Assembly (NCBI GenBank): GCA_038851325.1
Contig: JAWCKZ010000002.1
Span: forward strand, 44,935-108,934
Origin: Candidatus Bilamarchaeaceae archaeon
GTDB lineage: Archaea; Micrarchaeota; Micrarchaeia; Anstonellales; Bilamarchaeaceae
Length of the DNA: 64,000 bases
Direction: 5' to 3'
Numbering within the stretch: position 1 is the stretch's first letter; each line of letters begins with the position of its first letter. Positions 26,998-36,567 of this stretch are shown one piece after another. Position numbers and translations under genes: made by a program. The notes under the pieces were generated by a model. That model worked only from the letters and a program-made list of their open reading frames with translations, did not search any database and was not told the DNA's origin.

Positions 26998-28353
26998 GTG
27001 AAGAGTATGAAATATTTCAAAACATTTATGGTGGATGCTGCAAAGCAGAAGAGTAAAGGCCCTACTGCTAACCATAAACTAAACAAATTGTATGTTCAGC
27101 ACGAAGGGTTGCTTACCACTCAAAACAACGTACAACCATCGCCAAGGGGGCGTAATGTAACCGTACATGGTCCACTAAAAATTGCTTTGGAGGAGTTTGC
27201 GCCAGACGCCGAAAGCTACGACTCTCTACGATGTATAACCAGGTTCGCAAGCGAGGACTTTAGTAGTCTTTCGGAGTACCTATTTACAGTGCTCAAAAAA
27301 GCCTTTGAAGGCGTGGTGAGATGCTCCATCTATCTTGCCGAAGAGGTAGGAACCAGGAGCAGTTTCAAAACAATCCTCTCGCATTATCTGACTATTAACA
27401 TGAATGGAAATGTAAGAACAAGTTCGTTGGACAAGGGAAGCAGAATATCAGATAAGAGCGATCCTATTTTGAAGGCTTATCTGGATAAAAAACCCAGGTT
27501 TATAGATTATCGCGCGGGCATGGACCTGATTTTCAAGAATCTTAATTATGAAAACAAAGACTGTGATGTGTACGTAAGAGAACCTAACATCCTTAAAGAT
27601 GATGTTGCGTTGATACCATTTTATTACAGGGAAAGGGATAAACTTCGCGGTGTGATGGTACTGGAAGGAAACCTCAAGTGTAAAAATTCGGCAAAATGTG
27701 GTTTTGGGAAAGCATTCTATTTTATGATGGCAGCTACAGCACTCGGCGCCCAAGTTGGTTTTATATCAATGCAAAAATACGATCACACAACCGCGCTGTA
27801 TAAAAAAAGCGATTTTGAGATAGACCTAAAAACATTAATTCGCAGATTGTTAAAAGCACAAAAGCGTGGTGCGCAAAAGAACGCTATTATCCTTCTCGTA
27901 GACCTTGATAATTTTAAGGCGGTCAATGAGCATTATGGATATTTAGCTGGGGACGCTCTTCTTAGTAATATAGCAAAAGCGATAAAGAACTCCGTGCGCA
28001 GGCCCACACAAAACAGAAAATCAGACATTATAGCCAGATGGGGCGGGGAGGAGTTCGCTATTCTTCTTGAGGATATAGATGAAGAAAATGCAATCAAAAT
28101 AGCCAACCGAATCAGGGACGAGGTGGCCAAGGCAAAGATAAAAGTTGACGAAAAAGAGATAAGAGTAACATGCAGCATAGGCCTTCTTAATATCGAGAAA
28201 GCTTTGGCGACAGATAAGAGAACAGGTGTGGATGAAGCAGCAAAAAATGTTTTTAATAAATGCAACACCCTTCTCAAATCTGTTAAAAGCAACGGAAAGA
28301 ATGGAATAGCGTTTGTTTCAGAGGGCAATGGTGTGGAGCTGATACGCGGATAG
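26998..28353 (+). CDS. GAF-like + GGDEF domain protein (diguanylate cyclase-like)
   Basis: YDHTTALY, LLVDLDNFKAVNEHYGYLAGDALL, RKSDIIARWGGEEF, VTCSIG, VKSNGKN. Confidence 0.92.
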   Translation: MKSMKYFKTFMVDAAKQKSKGPTANHKLNKLYVQHEGLLTTQNNVQPSPRGRNVTVHGPLKIALEEFAPDAESYDSLRCITRFASEDFSSLSEYLFTVLKKAFEGVVRCSIYLAEEVGTRSSFKTILSHYLTINMNGNVRTSSLDKGSRISDKSDPILKAYLDKKPRFIDYRAGMDLIFKNLNYENKDCDVYVREPNILKDDVALIPFYYRERDKLRGVMVLEGNLKCKNSAKCGFGKAFYFMMAATALGAQVGFISMQKYDHTTALYKKSDFEIDLKTLIRRLLKAQKRGAQKNAIILLVDLDNFKAVNEHYGYLAGDALLSNIAKAIKNSVRRPTQNRKSDIIARWGGEEFAILLEDIDEENAIKIANRIRDEVAKAKIKVDEKEIRVTCSIGLLNIEKALATDKRTGVDEAAKNVFNKCNTLLKSVKSNGKNGIAFVSEGNGVELIRG

Positions 28354-28398
28354 CGTAGAGTTTTTAAATTATCTTTCTATAGTTTTTTTGGTAATCGT

Positions 28399-29211
28399 AT
28401 GCCGAGAAATTTCTTTATAACCGGTTTGCCAAAATCCGGGAAAACAACAATTCTGAGGAAGCTTATAGAGGAATTTAAGAAGAGGGGACTTAAGGTCGGC
28501 GGGTTTATCTCCCCAGAAGAGAGAGAGCACGGCACTAGAGAAGGTTTTTATGTTCAGGATATAGACACAGGCCGGATCGGCAGGTTGGCATCCACAAAAG
28601 GTGACGGTCCAAAGGTGAGCAAGTATCACGTAGATATAAAATCCTTTGAGAGTATTGCGGTGCCGATCATGAAAAAAGTTGACGAGTATGACGTTCTAAT
28701 CATAGATGAGATAGGACGAATGGAGATGAAAAGCAAAAGGTTTGTGGAGCTCCTTGATGAAGTATTCGAGTCCCAAACACCAGTCATCGCATCTATTCAT
28801 CAAGACTACGTGCTGACGTACGCCGTAAATGGTGAGATATTTGTTGTCACACCGACGACTCGCGAGGCCGTGTTTATTGATCTCCTTAATAAAGCAACTC
28901 AGGAATACTCACGGGTTCCACCCGAGGAGAAAATAAGGAAAAAGGAAAAGCCACCCAGAAAAGAGAAGAAGAGAAAAAAGGAAAAAAGGAAAGGAAAGGA
29001 GAAGACAAAGAAGGGAAAAGGGTTGAAAGAAGAAAAGAAAACGGAGGAAAGAAAGGAGCTGAAGGAAGAACGAGAAAGGGCAAAGGAAGAGGAAAGGAAA
29101 GAGGAAGAGGAAAGGAAAGAAGAGGAAAAGGATAAAAAAGAGGAAAGAAGTGCTGAAAAACCAGCGCAAAGAGGAATAATAAGAAAATTTCGTGAGCTAC
29201 TTGGTTTTTAG
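28399..29211 (+). CDS. THEP1/NTPase_1 nucleoside triphosphatase with long charged tail
   Basis: ITGLPKSGKTT, VGGFISPE, IIDEIGRME; ~90-aa K/E/R tail. Confidence 0.9.
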   Translation: MPRNFFITGLPKSGKTTILRKLIEEFKKRGLKVGGFISPEEREHGTREGFYVQDIDTGRIGRLASTKGDGPKVSKYHVDIKSFESIAVPIMKKVDEYDVLIIDEIGRMEMKSKRFVELLDEVFESQTPVIASIHQDYVLTYAVNGEIFVVTPTTREAVFIDLLNKATQEYSRVPPEEKIRKKEKPPRKEKKRKKEKRKGKEKTKKGKGLKEEKKTEERKELKEERERAKEEERKEEEERKEEEKDKKEERSAEKPAQRGIIRKFRELLGF

Positions 29212-29287
29212 TATATCTTACGACGTAGATTTTCAATTAACTCTTACTATCAAATCTGCTTCATTCGGCCTACCACACTTTAGCTAT

Positions 29288-30994
29288 TCAGCTGCTCTCT
29301 TCCCACAGCTTCTTTATCAATTTCTTTAGCTCTTCTCGCTTTCTTAGGAATTCCATCTCTTCTTCTTTCGTTAGTCTCATCTGCTCTTTTATATATGCTT
29401 CTTTTTCCTTGATCTCTTCTTTTTCCTTCACCTTTCCCTCACCTATCCTGAGTTCAAGAAGTTTTGCTTGGTGCGAGAGCAGAGTAAGACGCTTGTTCAG
29501 GCCATCTGACATTTCTGAAAGTCGCGAGAGCGAGTTGTTTATCTCATCTAAAAGTTTCTTTTTTTCCTTTATTTCCTTTGCGGCCTCAAGTGCTTTTTTG
29601 AGTTCGCTTTCACCAACTTTCTCTGCGAATTTTTTTGCCTCTTTTTTGATTTCTGTTTCCTGCGCTGCAGCAATCCCCCTCATTCTTTCGAGCTCCTTCT
29701 CTATCTTATCTATTTCGGCATTATATCCTTTAAGCGACGGTACAATACGCTCTTTTATTTGCTGGAATGTGACATATCTGTTTTTATCCTCTTCGAGCGC
29801 TTCTGAAATCTTCAGTGATTCTTCTTTCAACTCTGCAAGTTTATCCTCTATGTTTTTGGCAAGCTCCTCTGCCTCAACTGCTGTGGTTCGTCTTCCGCCA
29901 GCAACTTCGAGCAGCCTTTTTAGCGCGCTCACCTTCTCTTCTATTTCCCTCTCTCGTCTTTCAAGTTCTTTCATTTCTTCATGGAGTTTGGCTTGAGATG
30001 GAAATCTTGTTACTATACCTTTTGCAACTTCCAGAGAATCCGAAAAGCGCTCTATGGTGTCAAAATTCTCCTTTAGTTTTTCATCTACTCTCTTTATGTT
30101 CTCAAAGAGTTTGTCTGCCTCTTTAGTGAGCTCCTTTAATTCTTGTTTAAGCGTTGCGGATGTTTTTTCATATTCTTTTAGAGATCCTCCAACTGCTGAG
30201 ACTATTTCGGCTCCTTCTTTAATGCTTACTATATCCTCCCTAAGTATTGCATTTCTTTTCTTCATCTCGTTGAAATCTCTTACAAGGGAATCAAATTTCT
30301 TGCGCATTTCCGCAGCAGACGGTATCTCAATCCCTGTTGGAACTTCTTCCTTAAGTTTTCTTTTTGTTTCCTTCAGTTCACTCATTAGACCAAAAATCTC
30401 ATTTTGAAGAGTCTTAAACCGCTCAAACGCCTTTTCGCTTTCAGGTTTGGATATCTGTGAGCTTAACGTGCTTACCTCTTTTTGGAGCTCTTTTATTTCA
30501 TTCCTAATTCTGTTTATTTCAGAAACGGCGTTCGACAAGATCTTTAAACTATCATCAAATCTTTTCTCCGAGAGCTCCTTCTCAGCTATAACTGGTGCGA
30601 TATTCCGTTCTATATCGTCCAGACGCTTGTATATTCTTGCGTAAACCTCTGAGAATGATTCTTTAAGTTTTTCGATCTTTTCCATCTCAGGTAAAAGAGC
30701 TTCCCTTGTTTTTTCTATCTCTTTAGTAAGCTCTGCCTTTTCTTTTTCAAACGAGAGACGTTCCTCCTCTATCTGTTCGGCTGCTGGTTGAACCCATACA
30801 AGGTATATCTTGGCAAGTTTATACTCTACACGAATTATTCCTTCTTCCTCAAGAACTCGCGCCCACTCTTCGATGGTGTCAGAAGGAATGTTTAGGGTTG
30901 CAGCGCATTCATCCACTTCTATTTTTCCTTTTTGCTTCACAAGTTTAACGAGAGCATCAACTCCTGTTGTGATCAGTAATTCATCAAATTCCAT
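29288..30994 (-). CDS. N-terminal winged-helix + long coiled-coil protein
   Basis: LITTGVDALVKLVKQKGKIEVDECAATLNIPSDTIEEWARVLEEEGIIRVEY followed by ~490 aa of E/K-rich heptads; no Walker motifs. Confidence 0.75.
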   Translation of the reverse strand: MEFDELLITTGVDALVKLVKQKGKIEVDECAATLNIPSDTIEEWARVLEEEGIIRVEYKLAKIYLVWVQPAAEQIEEERLSFEKEKAELTKEIEKTREALLPEMEKIEKLKESFSEVYARIYKRLDDIERNIAPVIAEKELSEKRFDDSLKILSNAVSEINRIRNEIKELQKEVSTLSSQISKPESEKAFERFKTLQNEIFGLMSELKETKRKLKEEVPTGIEIPSAAEMRKKFDSLVRDFNEMKKRNAILREDIVSIKEGAEIVSAVGGSLKEYEKTSATLKQELKELTKEADKLFENIKRVDEKLKENFDTIERFSDSLEVAKGIVTRFPSQAKLHEEMKELERREREIEEKVSALKRLLEVAGGRRTTAVEAEELAKNIEDKLAELKEESLKISEALEEDKNRYVTFQQIKERIVPSLKGYNAEIDKIEKELERMRGIAAAQETEIKKEAKKFAEKVGESELKKALEAAKEIKEKKKLLDEINNSLSRLSEMSDGLNKRLTLLSHQAKLLELRIGEGKVKEKEEIKEKEAYIKEQMRLTKEEEMEFLRKREELKKLIKKLWEESS

Positions 30995-31047
30995 GGCAGA
31001 GTATTAAAAACATAAGATTTAAATATGGAATTCAGGATAATCACTCC

Positions 31048-33138
31048 ATGCGATCCCATGCAATACTTTTTCTGGCTTTGATGGCAGGCCTGTTGTCAGC
31101 GTTTGTGCCATCGGATTATTTCTACGCCAACGAGGGAAATGTTACGGTTACATATACTAACTTCACACTCAATGGAACTCATTATTCCATAGTTTATTTT
31201 AATGACCAGGAAACATTTCTTATTAGAGAAGGAGAAATCGTGAATGATAGTGAGATAATAAAAAACGTAGTACGGTCATATTATAGAAGTGCGTTCTTAC
31301 CTTCGGAATCTGAACTTGATGAAATACGCTCTTTGGTAACGGCATACAACGCAAGCAGAAATGACGGCTACGGCTACTACAAAAATAAAGAAGAGTACGA
31401 ATGCAGAGGCGCACTACTAACTGATAAAAGAATAGAGATTTATATTAATGGAACAAGACAAAAATTGTGGTGTCATGACGATGCAAGTTGTGAAATAAAC
31501 GCCATGTTATTGTACCAGGCTTATGGCGAAGGGCTTGGGTGGTCAAGTTACAGAGTGATACTTCAGCCGTTGAAGGATTTCGCATATTCAAGTTACGGCA
31601 CTGACGAAATTTTAGAAAACTTTACACGGATGCTAAACACCGACGATGCAACCGAGCTCTATAACGCTCTTAATTATATGAAGAATTCGATACCAACTTT
31701 GGAGTCTTACGCCACTAAGATAGAATCTACCATCTTTAGGTTGCCTCGTCCGGATGATGCCGCGGACAAAGAAAGTTGCCATTTGATATGCTACTCAATA
31801 TGTCCGCCTTTTGATCTTAATACAACTATCCTTGACAGGCTTGAGACAAGGATAGATAGCATAAAGGCTAAGATACAGCCACTTGCTGAATACAATACCG
31901 TTGCAGAACACATAATCACGAGGACAAATGAGCGGGCGGCGTATAGATATACTTCAATGACAAGATCGCATTATAACAACATCTTTTCTCCTCTCGAGAC
32001 AGAAGGAAGAGAAGTGGAAGAGTATGCTGCAAATGCCTATGGCCTTGTTGGGAATACCTCTTTGATGATAAAGACAGAACAGCTAAAAGCCCTTCGTGAA
32101 TCCATAAGAGGAAAAATAACCAACGCCTCATTTACCGGTTTGGATGACGAGATAAGAATCTATAGAGCGATGCTTTCTTCTGTAAGGGAAGGCGCTGACT
32201 CCACATATTCGCTCTACAACGAGACTATGGATGCTAAGCGGAGAGTGGATGCTGTTCTATTTGAGCTTGGTACGAAAGATCTCTCTGATCCCGACCGAAG
32301 AGAGTACAACGAAATTAGGGAGCATGTTAATGAATTAAATCTTCAGTTTACTAAAGGCATAACGCCTGAAAAGTGTATAGAGTTAAAAAATGGTTACGAT
32401 GCAGCAGAGAAGGATGCGCAGGGCCTTTTGAATAGGGTCACGATGAGTGCTGGGACAACTGCTGTTGATGCCTTTCGAATGTTTTCCATAAGGATGAACA
32501 ACGGAATCGCAGACATCCTTAGGGCGACAAAAATGGCCGAGGTGAAATCAGTACCGCACAACAAGCTTACTTTCTTCGGTGGTTTTAGCATTCTCGTGTT
32601 TATTTCATTTATGTCCATAGCATTTCTTTTGTTCCTGTATTCTGTTGGAGTGAACAGAGACTCGCACCTTAAGTATATTCTAAGCGCTGGCCTTATGTTG
32701 GTCGCTATCCTTGCTGCTGTTTTTTCCGGTTTACTCTATTATTACATGGACAAGACAGCTACCGAAGCTACTATGGATGAGTTTCTTTTTGACCTAAACA
32801 AGAAAAGCACGGTTGCACTGGTAGCCAAGATAGACCTAGCAACTCCAGGGGAAGCCGAAAGCATAAAGCGGTGCATGGGTATAGTGGCAAATACAATCAG
32901 AGAAAAAAACAAGACGGTTGATGTTTATTATTTAGAATCAGGAAATGTTTGTAAAAAGAATAACGCAACCTACGAAAACTGCGCAGCTGATATAGAAAGC
33001 CACAATACCGCAATAATTTTCAGTCCCTCGACCACAGTGGAACCACCAACACTGTCTACGATATTCGTAAGCAAAGCGGAGATAAGAGGGCCAGCAGATT
33101 ATTACGAAACATGCCCGCTTTCAGTTGTCTTTAAATAG
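31048..33138 (+). CDS. Large secreted/membrane protein
   Basis: Signal peptide MRSHAILFLALMAGLLSA; several Cys; two TM helices near aa 510-570. Confidence 0.75.
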   Translation: MRSHAILFLALMAGLLSAFVPSDYFYANEGNVTVTYTNFTLNGTHYSIVYFNDQETFLIREGEIVNDSEIIKNVVRSYYRSAFLPSESELDEIRSLVTAYNASRNDGYGYYKNKEEYECRGALLTDKRIEIYINGTRQKLWCHDDASCEINAMLLYQAYGEGLGWSSYRVILQPLKDFAYSSYGTDEILENFTRMLNTDDATELYNALNYMKNSIPTLESYATKIESTIFRLPRPDDAADKESCHLICYSICPPFDLNTTILDRLETRIDSIKAKIQPLAEYNTVAEHIITRTNERAAYRYTSMTRSHYNNIFSPLETEGREVEEYAANAYGLVGNTSLMIKTEQLKALRESIRGKITNASFTGLDDEIRIYRAMLSSVREGADSTYSLYNETMDAKRRVDAVLFELGTKDLSDPDRREYNEIREHVNELNLQFTKGITPEKCIELKNGYDAAEKDAQGLLNRVTMSAGTTAVDAFRMFSIRMNNGIADILRATKMAEVKSVPHNKLTFFGGFSILVFISFMSIAFLLFLYSVGVNRDSHLKYILSAGLMLVAILAAVFSGLLYYYMDKTATEATMDEFLFDLNKKSTVALVAKIDLATPGEAESIKRCMGIVANTIREKNKTVDVYYLESGNVCKKNNATYENCAADIESHNTAIIFSPSTTVEPPTLSTIFVSKAEIRGPADYYETCPLSVVFK

Positions 33139-33218
33139 TTTTCCTGAGTTTTAGATAAAGGTTCTTTTCAAGGGTTGAGCCACTGTAATGATCGAAGAAC
33201 GCACAGGGTGAAACGCTA

Positions 33219-33710
33219 ATGAAAGGAGAAAATACATGGTTGGCCTTTTTAGTGATAGGGATAATCATCCTAGGGGTGGCGATAGTTTATCTCTATCAAG
33301 CAACGCCAAAGGAATTTAGAAAAGGGGTTAAGGTAAACGCTGAGACCTTTTCCGCAATTATCTCAGATGCAGATCAAGTTTACATTGTTATGGATGTTAG
33401 AGAGGTCTCAAACGAACTTACAAAAAGAAACATTCTTCAGTGCGGAGTTGATTTTGCTGGAAGCGCAGGGCTTATTGGGAGAAATGTTACTTATGTGTCC
33501 TTGGACAATCACGGTTGTACCGTTGCCTCGCTCGAAGGGCTCAATCAGAGCAGGAGTACAGGAGATTGCATCGAAATGTTAAATTCAGATGGAGTATCGT
33601 TATACATTCATGAAGGAACAGAAACCGAGTACTACACGCGTGCTGCTATTATTGGGGTCAGCGATACCTACGTTCTTGGAACATGCAGTGTAAACAGAAA
33701 GGTGCGATAG
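33219..33710 (+). CDS. Hypothetical membrane-anchored protein
   Basis: N-terminal TM WLAFLVIGIIILGVAIVYLY; four Cys in the extracellular part. Confidence 0.7.
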   Translation: MKGENTWLAFLVIGIIILGVAIVYLYQATPKEFRKGVKVNAETFSAIISDADQVYIVMDVREVSNELTKRNILQCGVDFAGSAGLIGRNVTYVSLDNHGCTVASLEGLNQSRSTGDCIEMLNSDGVSLYIHEGTETEYYTRAAIIGVSDTYVLGTCSVNRKVR

Positions 33711-33758
33711 GTTTGAGCAATTAAAGAAAACGCAATAATAGGCGCTCAATGTGGTTGA

Positions 33759-34319
33759 ATGTTTGTCGTCCTTGAAGGAATAGACGGGTGCGGAAAGGAT
33801 ACGCAGATACAGTTGCTTAGGAATAATTTGCAGTTTGAGTATTTTAAATACCCTACATCAAAATTTACTATCCTTAACGATTACTTAAACGGAAAGGTGT
33901 CTCTCGATAAAAAAGGTCTATTTCTACTTTTTCTGGCTGATATTGCAGATGAACAGGAAAAGATTGCAAATGCAAACTTTGCTATAGCAGACAGATATGT
34001 ATACTCCACGATAGCTTATGAACTTGGCGCATTGAGTTTTGAAAAGTCAAAGGAGATAGTTGAAGCGATAGGCTTTATCAAGCCGGACCTTGTGCTTCTT
34101 CTTGACATCTCGCCAGAGACCGCACAAAAAAGAAAGGCAAAACAAAAAAAACCTGATATCTACGAAAGCAACACGAAGTATCTCAAAGAGGTTCGAGAGC
34201 GCTTCCTACGACTTGCAAAGGATTCCTTCCATGCAAGAAGGTGGATTGTGATAAATGCAGACGCACCGATTGATCAGGTTAATAAAGAGATAACAAAAGA
34301 AATTTCAAAATTATTATAA
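33759..34319 (+). CDS. tmk: Thymidylate kinase
   Basis: VVLEGIDGCGKDTQ, IADRYVYST, KPDLVLLLDISPE. Confidence 0.92.
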   Translation: MFVVLEGIDGCGKDTQIQLLRNNLQFEYFKYPTSKFTILNDYLNGKVSLDKKGLFLLFLADIADEQEKIANANFAIADRYVYSTIAYELGALSFEKSKEIVEAIGFIKPDLVLLLDISPETAQKRKAKQKKPDIYESNTKYLKEVRERFLRLAKDSFHARRWIVINADAPIDQVNKEITKEISKLL

Positions 34320-34353
34320 ACGCTTATAAATTTCCTTATGCTTAGGTTTATCC

Positions 34354-34878
34354 ATGGAAGAGAGTAAAAAGTTGAAGCTTTATTTGTTAATCCTCAACAG
34401 ATACAAAGAACTCATAAATGAGAAGGAGACAAGAACGATAGGTGAGATAAAGGAGAGGATAAAACCTCATCATCCGTTCATAGAAAACATGAAGAGTAGC
34501 CTTATCCCTAAGGACTACAAGTGTGATTTCGCAGTTGTGTTGAGTAAACTTCTTTCTTTTATGAGCAGAATAGAAACAGTGGAACTGGCGATAAATTTTT
34601 GGTTTGAGTTTGAGGAGATTGTAGAGATCGAAGCCGCTGACGCTGCTAATAAAGCCATTCTCTTCGTTTCTTTATTGAGGAGTCTAGGCTCCGACAGCGC
34701 CAAGGTAATTATAACAAAAAGCGGCGAGTATTATGCGAGTTTTGTCCACTCCGGGAAGACACACCTGTTCTCTCCTAAGACGAACTCTCTCTTAGTTGAT
34801 GAGGATGCCTTGAGAGTCCTCTCTTCAGACCCGCCAAGACATGTATTTAACGATGTAGAATACGAGAATCTGGAATAA
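34354..34878 (+). CDS. Hypothetical protein with degenerate transglutaminase-like motif
   Basis: EAADAANKAILFVSLLRSLG resembles GDCDDKAILLASLLRALG without the Cys. Confidence 0.55.
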   Translation: MEESKKLKLYLLILNRYKELINEKETRTIGEIKERIKPHHPFIENMKSSLIPKDYKCDFAVVLSKLLSFMSRIETVELAINFWFEFEEIVEIEAADAANKAILFVSLLRSLGSDSAKVIITKSGEYYASFVHSGKTHLFSPKTNSLLVDEDALRVLSSDPPRHVFNDVEYENLE

Positions 34879-34890
34879 CCTAAAACTTCT

Positions 34891-35193
34891 CTACAATCTT
34901 TTTTCAAATCCACATTTACGGCATTTTATTCTTAAACAATTATGCATCCTGTCGAACTTAACCGTAGCAGTTTCGCCAGGTATCCATGGTGTTAAGCATT
35001 TTCTACAGAACGCGTTTCTGTACTCCTTTGGCAAGCGCGTCTTATTTTTTTTCAACAGTTCCCAAGCCATTCTTATATAACGCGCCGCTCTTTCGATCTT
35101 CCCCGTTAGATACGCATCATGCGACTCGTCTATTAGATTTATAACTGATTGCGAAGCTACTCTTTTTATAAGCCTTTTCCGTTTAAACTTCAT
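34891..35193 (-). CDS. rnp4: RNase P protein component 4 (Rpp21/Rpr2)
   Basis: RAARYI, RLPKEYRNAFCRKCLTPWIPG, CRKCG zinc ribbon. Confidence 0.9.
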   Translation of the reverse strand: MKFKRKRLIKRVASQSVINLIDESHDAYLTGKIERAARYIRMAWELLKKNKTRLPKEYRNAFCRKCLTPWIPGETATVKFDRMHNCLRIKCRKCGFEKRL

Positions 35194-35205
35194 GTAGTTG
35201 GTTCA

Positions 35206-36045
35206 ATGAAAAAATTTATATACGATTACTTTATCGATCCCATATGGTCAAGGACAGGATACAATCTCGTTAATACTTCTGTTTATGTGGTAATGGCACT
35301 CGCTGCGGTCTACGCCATCTTTAAACTTTTCAAAAAAATTGATATAACCATTGACAGGCGCTTCATGTTCGCCCTCCTGCCCTTTATCCTTTTTGGCTCG
35401 ACCGTTAGGGTGATAACAGATTCTATAGACAGTGATGTTTTCAAACCGATAACTCCAGTGCATGCTTTCGTGCTTCAGAGTCACATCTACGATTATGGCT
35501 ATCTTACAGTAACTCCGGGTATATACATCGTGACTGCCCTGATCTTTCTCTTATCTGTGTTGTTGCTCCGTTTTTTGGGCAGGATGGAGGATCTTTGGAA
35601 AGTTGGTGCAGCGCTGTGGCTGCCTCACCTTCTGCTTCTGCTGCCATTTATGGGTTATTGGTACCTTGCCTTCGTACCAATAGTCCTCGCAATCGTTCCG
35701 TGGGCTGTTGCAAAGAAAATTCTGAAAGATGATATTCTAGCCGGTATTGTGTTCGCGCATGCGCTTGATGGCTCCGCAACATTTTTTGCGTTGAGCGGCA
35801 TATTCGAAAAACTTACGGGTATACGCTATTTTGAGCAGCATGTTGTCTCGAGTGCGCTAATAAACATCACGGGTGACCCGATTGCATTTTATTTCTTGAA
35901 AATTCTGCTCTCATTTGCTGCAGCGTATGCTCTAGCGCATGAAAAAATGCCAGAGGATGAGAAGGTTTATATTTCCGTTGTTTTAATAACGGTGGGGCTT
36001 GCACCAGGGATAAGAGACACTGCGCGGATAATGGTGGGTGCGTAA
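35206..36045 (+). CDS. DUF63 family membrane protein
   Basis: GYNLVNT, PFILFGSTVRV, TPGIY, AHALDGSATF, EQHVVS, VGLAPGIRD. Confidence 0.85.
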   Translation: MKKFIYDYFIDPIWSRTGYNLVNTSVYVVMALAAVYAIFKLFKKIDITIDRRFMFALLPFILFGSTVRVITDSIDSDVFKPITPVHAFVLQSHIYDYGYLTVTPGIYIVTALIFLLSVLLLRFLGRMEDLWKVGAALWLPHLLLLLPFMGYWYLAFVPIVLAIVPWAVAKKILKDDILAGIVFAHALDGSATFFALSGIFEKLTGIRYFEQHVVSSALINITGDPIAFYFLKILLSFAAAYALAHEKMPEDEKVYISVVLITVGLAPGIRDTARIMVGA

Positions 36046-36525
36046 ATGGATGAACATTCTCTTGAGATTGGGTTAGGGTTTGGGGTTACGTCTGCAGTGA
36101 TAACAACGGTTGGACTTATTGTGGGATTAGATTCAAGTACACATTCGCAGGCAACTGTACTCGGCGGTATCATTGTAATCGCAATAGCAGATGCGCTCTC
36201 AGATGCTCTTGGTATTCACACATCAGAGGAATTCGAAGGTGTCCATACCACTAGGGAAATATGGGAGTCAACAGTTATGACATTCATAGCTAAATTCATA
36301 TTTGCCCTAACCTTTGCGATACCAATCATACTTCTTCCACTTTCTCAAGCGGTAGTGGTTGATGTGGTATGGGGACTGCTTTTACTTGTACTTCTGGGCC
36401 ACCTCATAGCAAAAAAGGAAAAGGAAAGTCGTATAAAAGTTATCGGCGAACATCTTGTAGTTGCAATAGTTGTTATTGCGGCAGCGCGTTACCTAGGCAG
36501 TTGGGTGTCAGTAACTTTTGGGTGA
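36046..36525 (+). CDS. VIT1/CCC1-like membrane protein
   Basis: GFGVTSAVITTVGLIVG, IAIADALSDALGIHTSEE. Confidence 0.7.
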   Translation: MDEHSLEIGLGFGVTSAVITTVGLIVGLDSSTHSQATVLGGIIVIAIADALSDALGIHTSEEFEGVHTTREIWESTVMTFIAKFIFALTFAIPIILLPLSQAVVVDVVWGLLLLVLLGHLIAKKEKESRIKVIGEHLVVAIVVIAAARYLGSWVSVTFG

Positions 36526-36567
36526 CGATACAGAAAAGTTTTTTAAATTTCTTTTACTTATACACTT

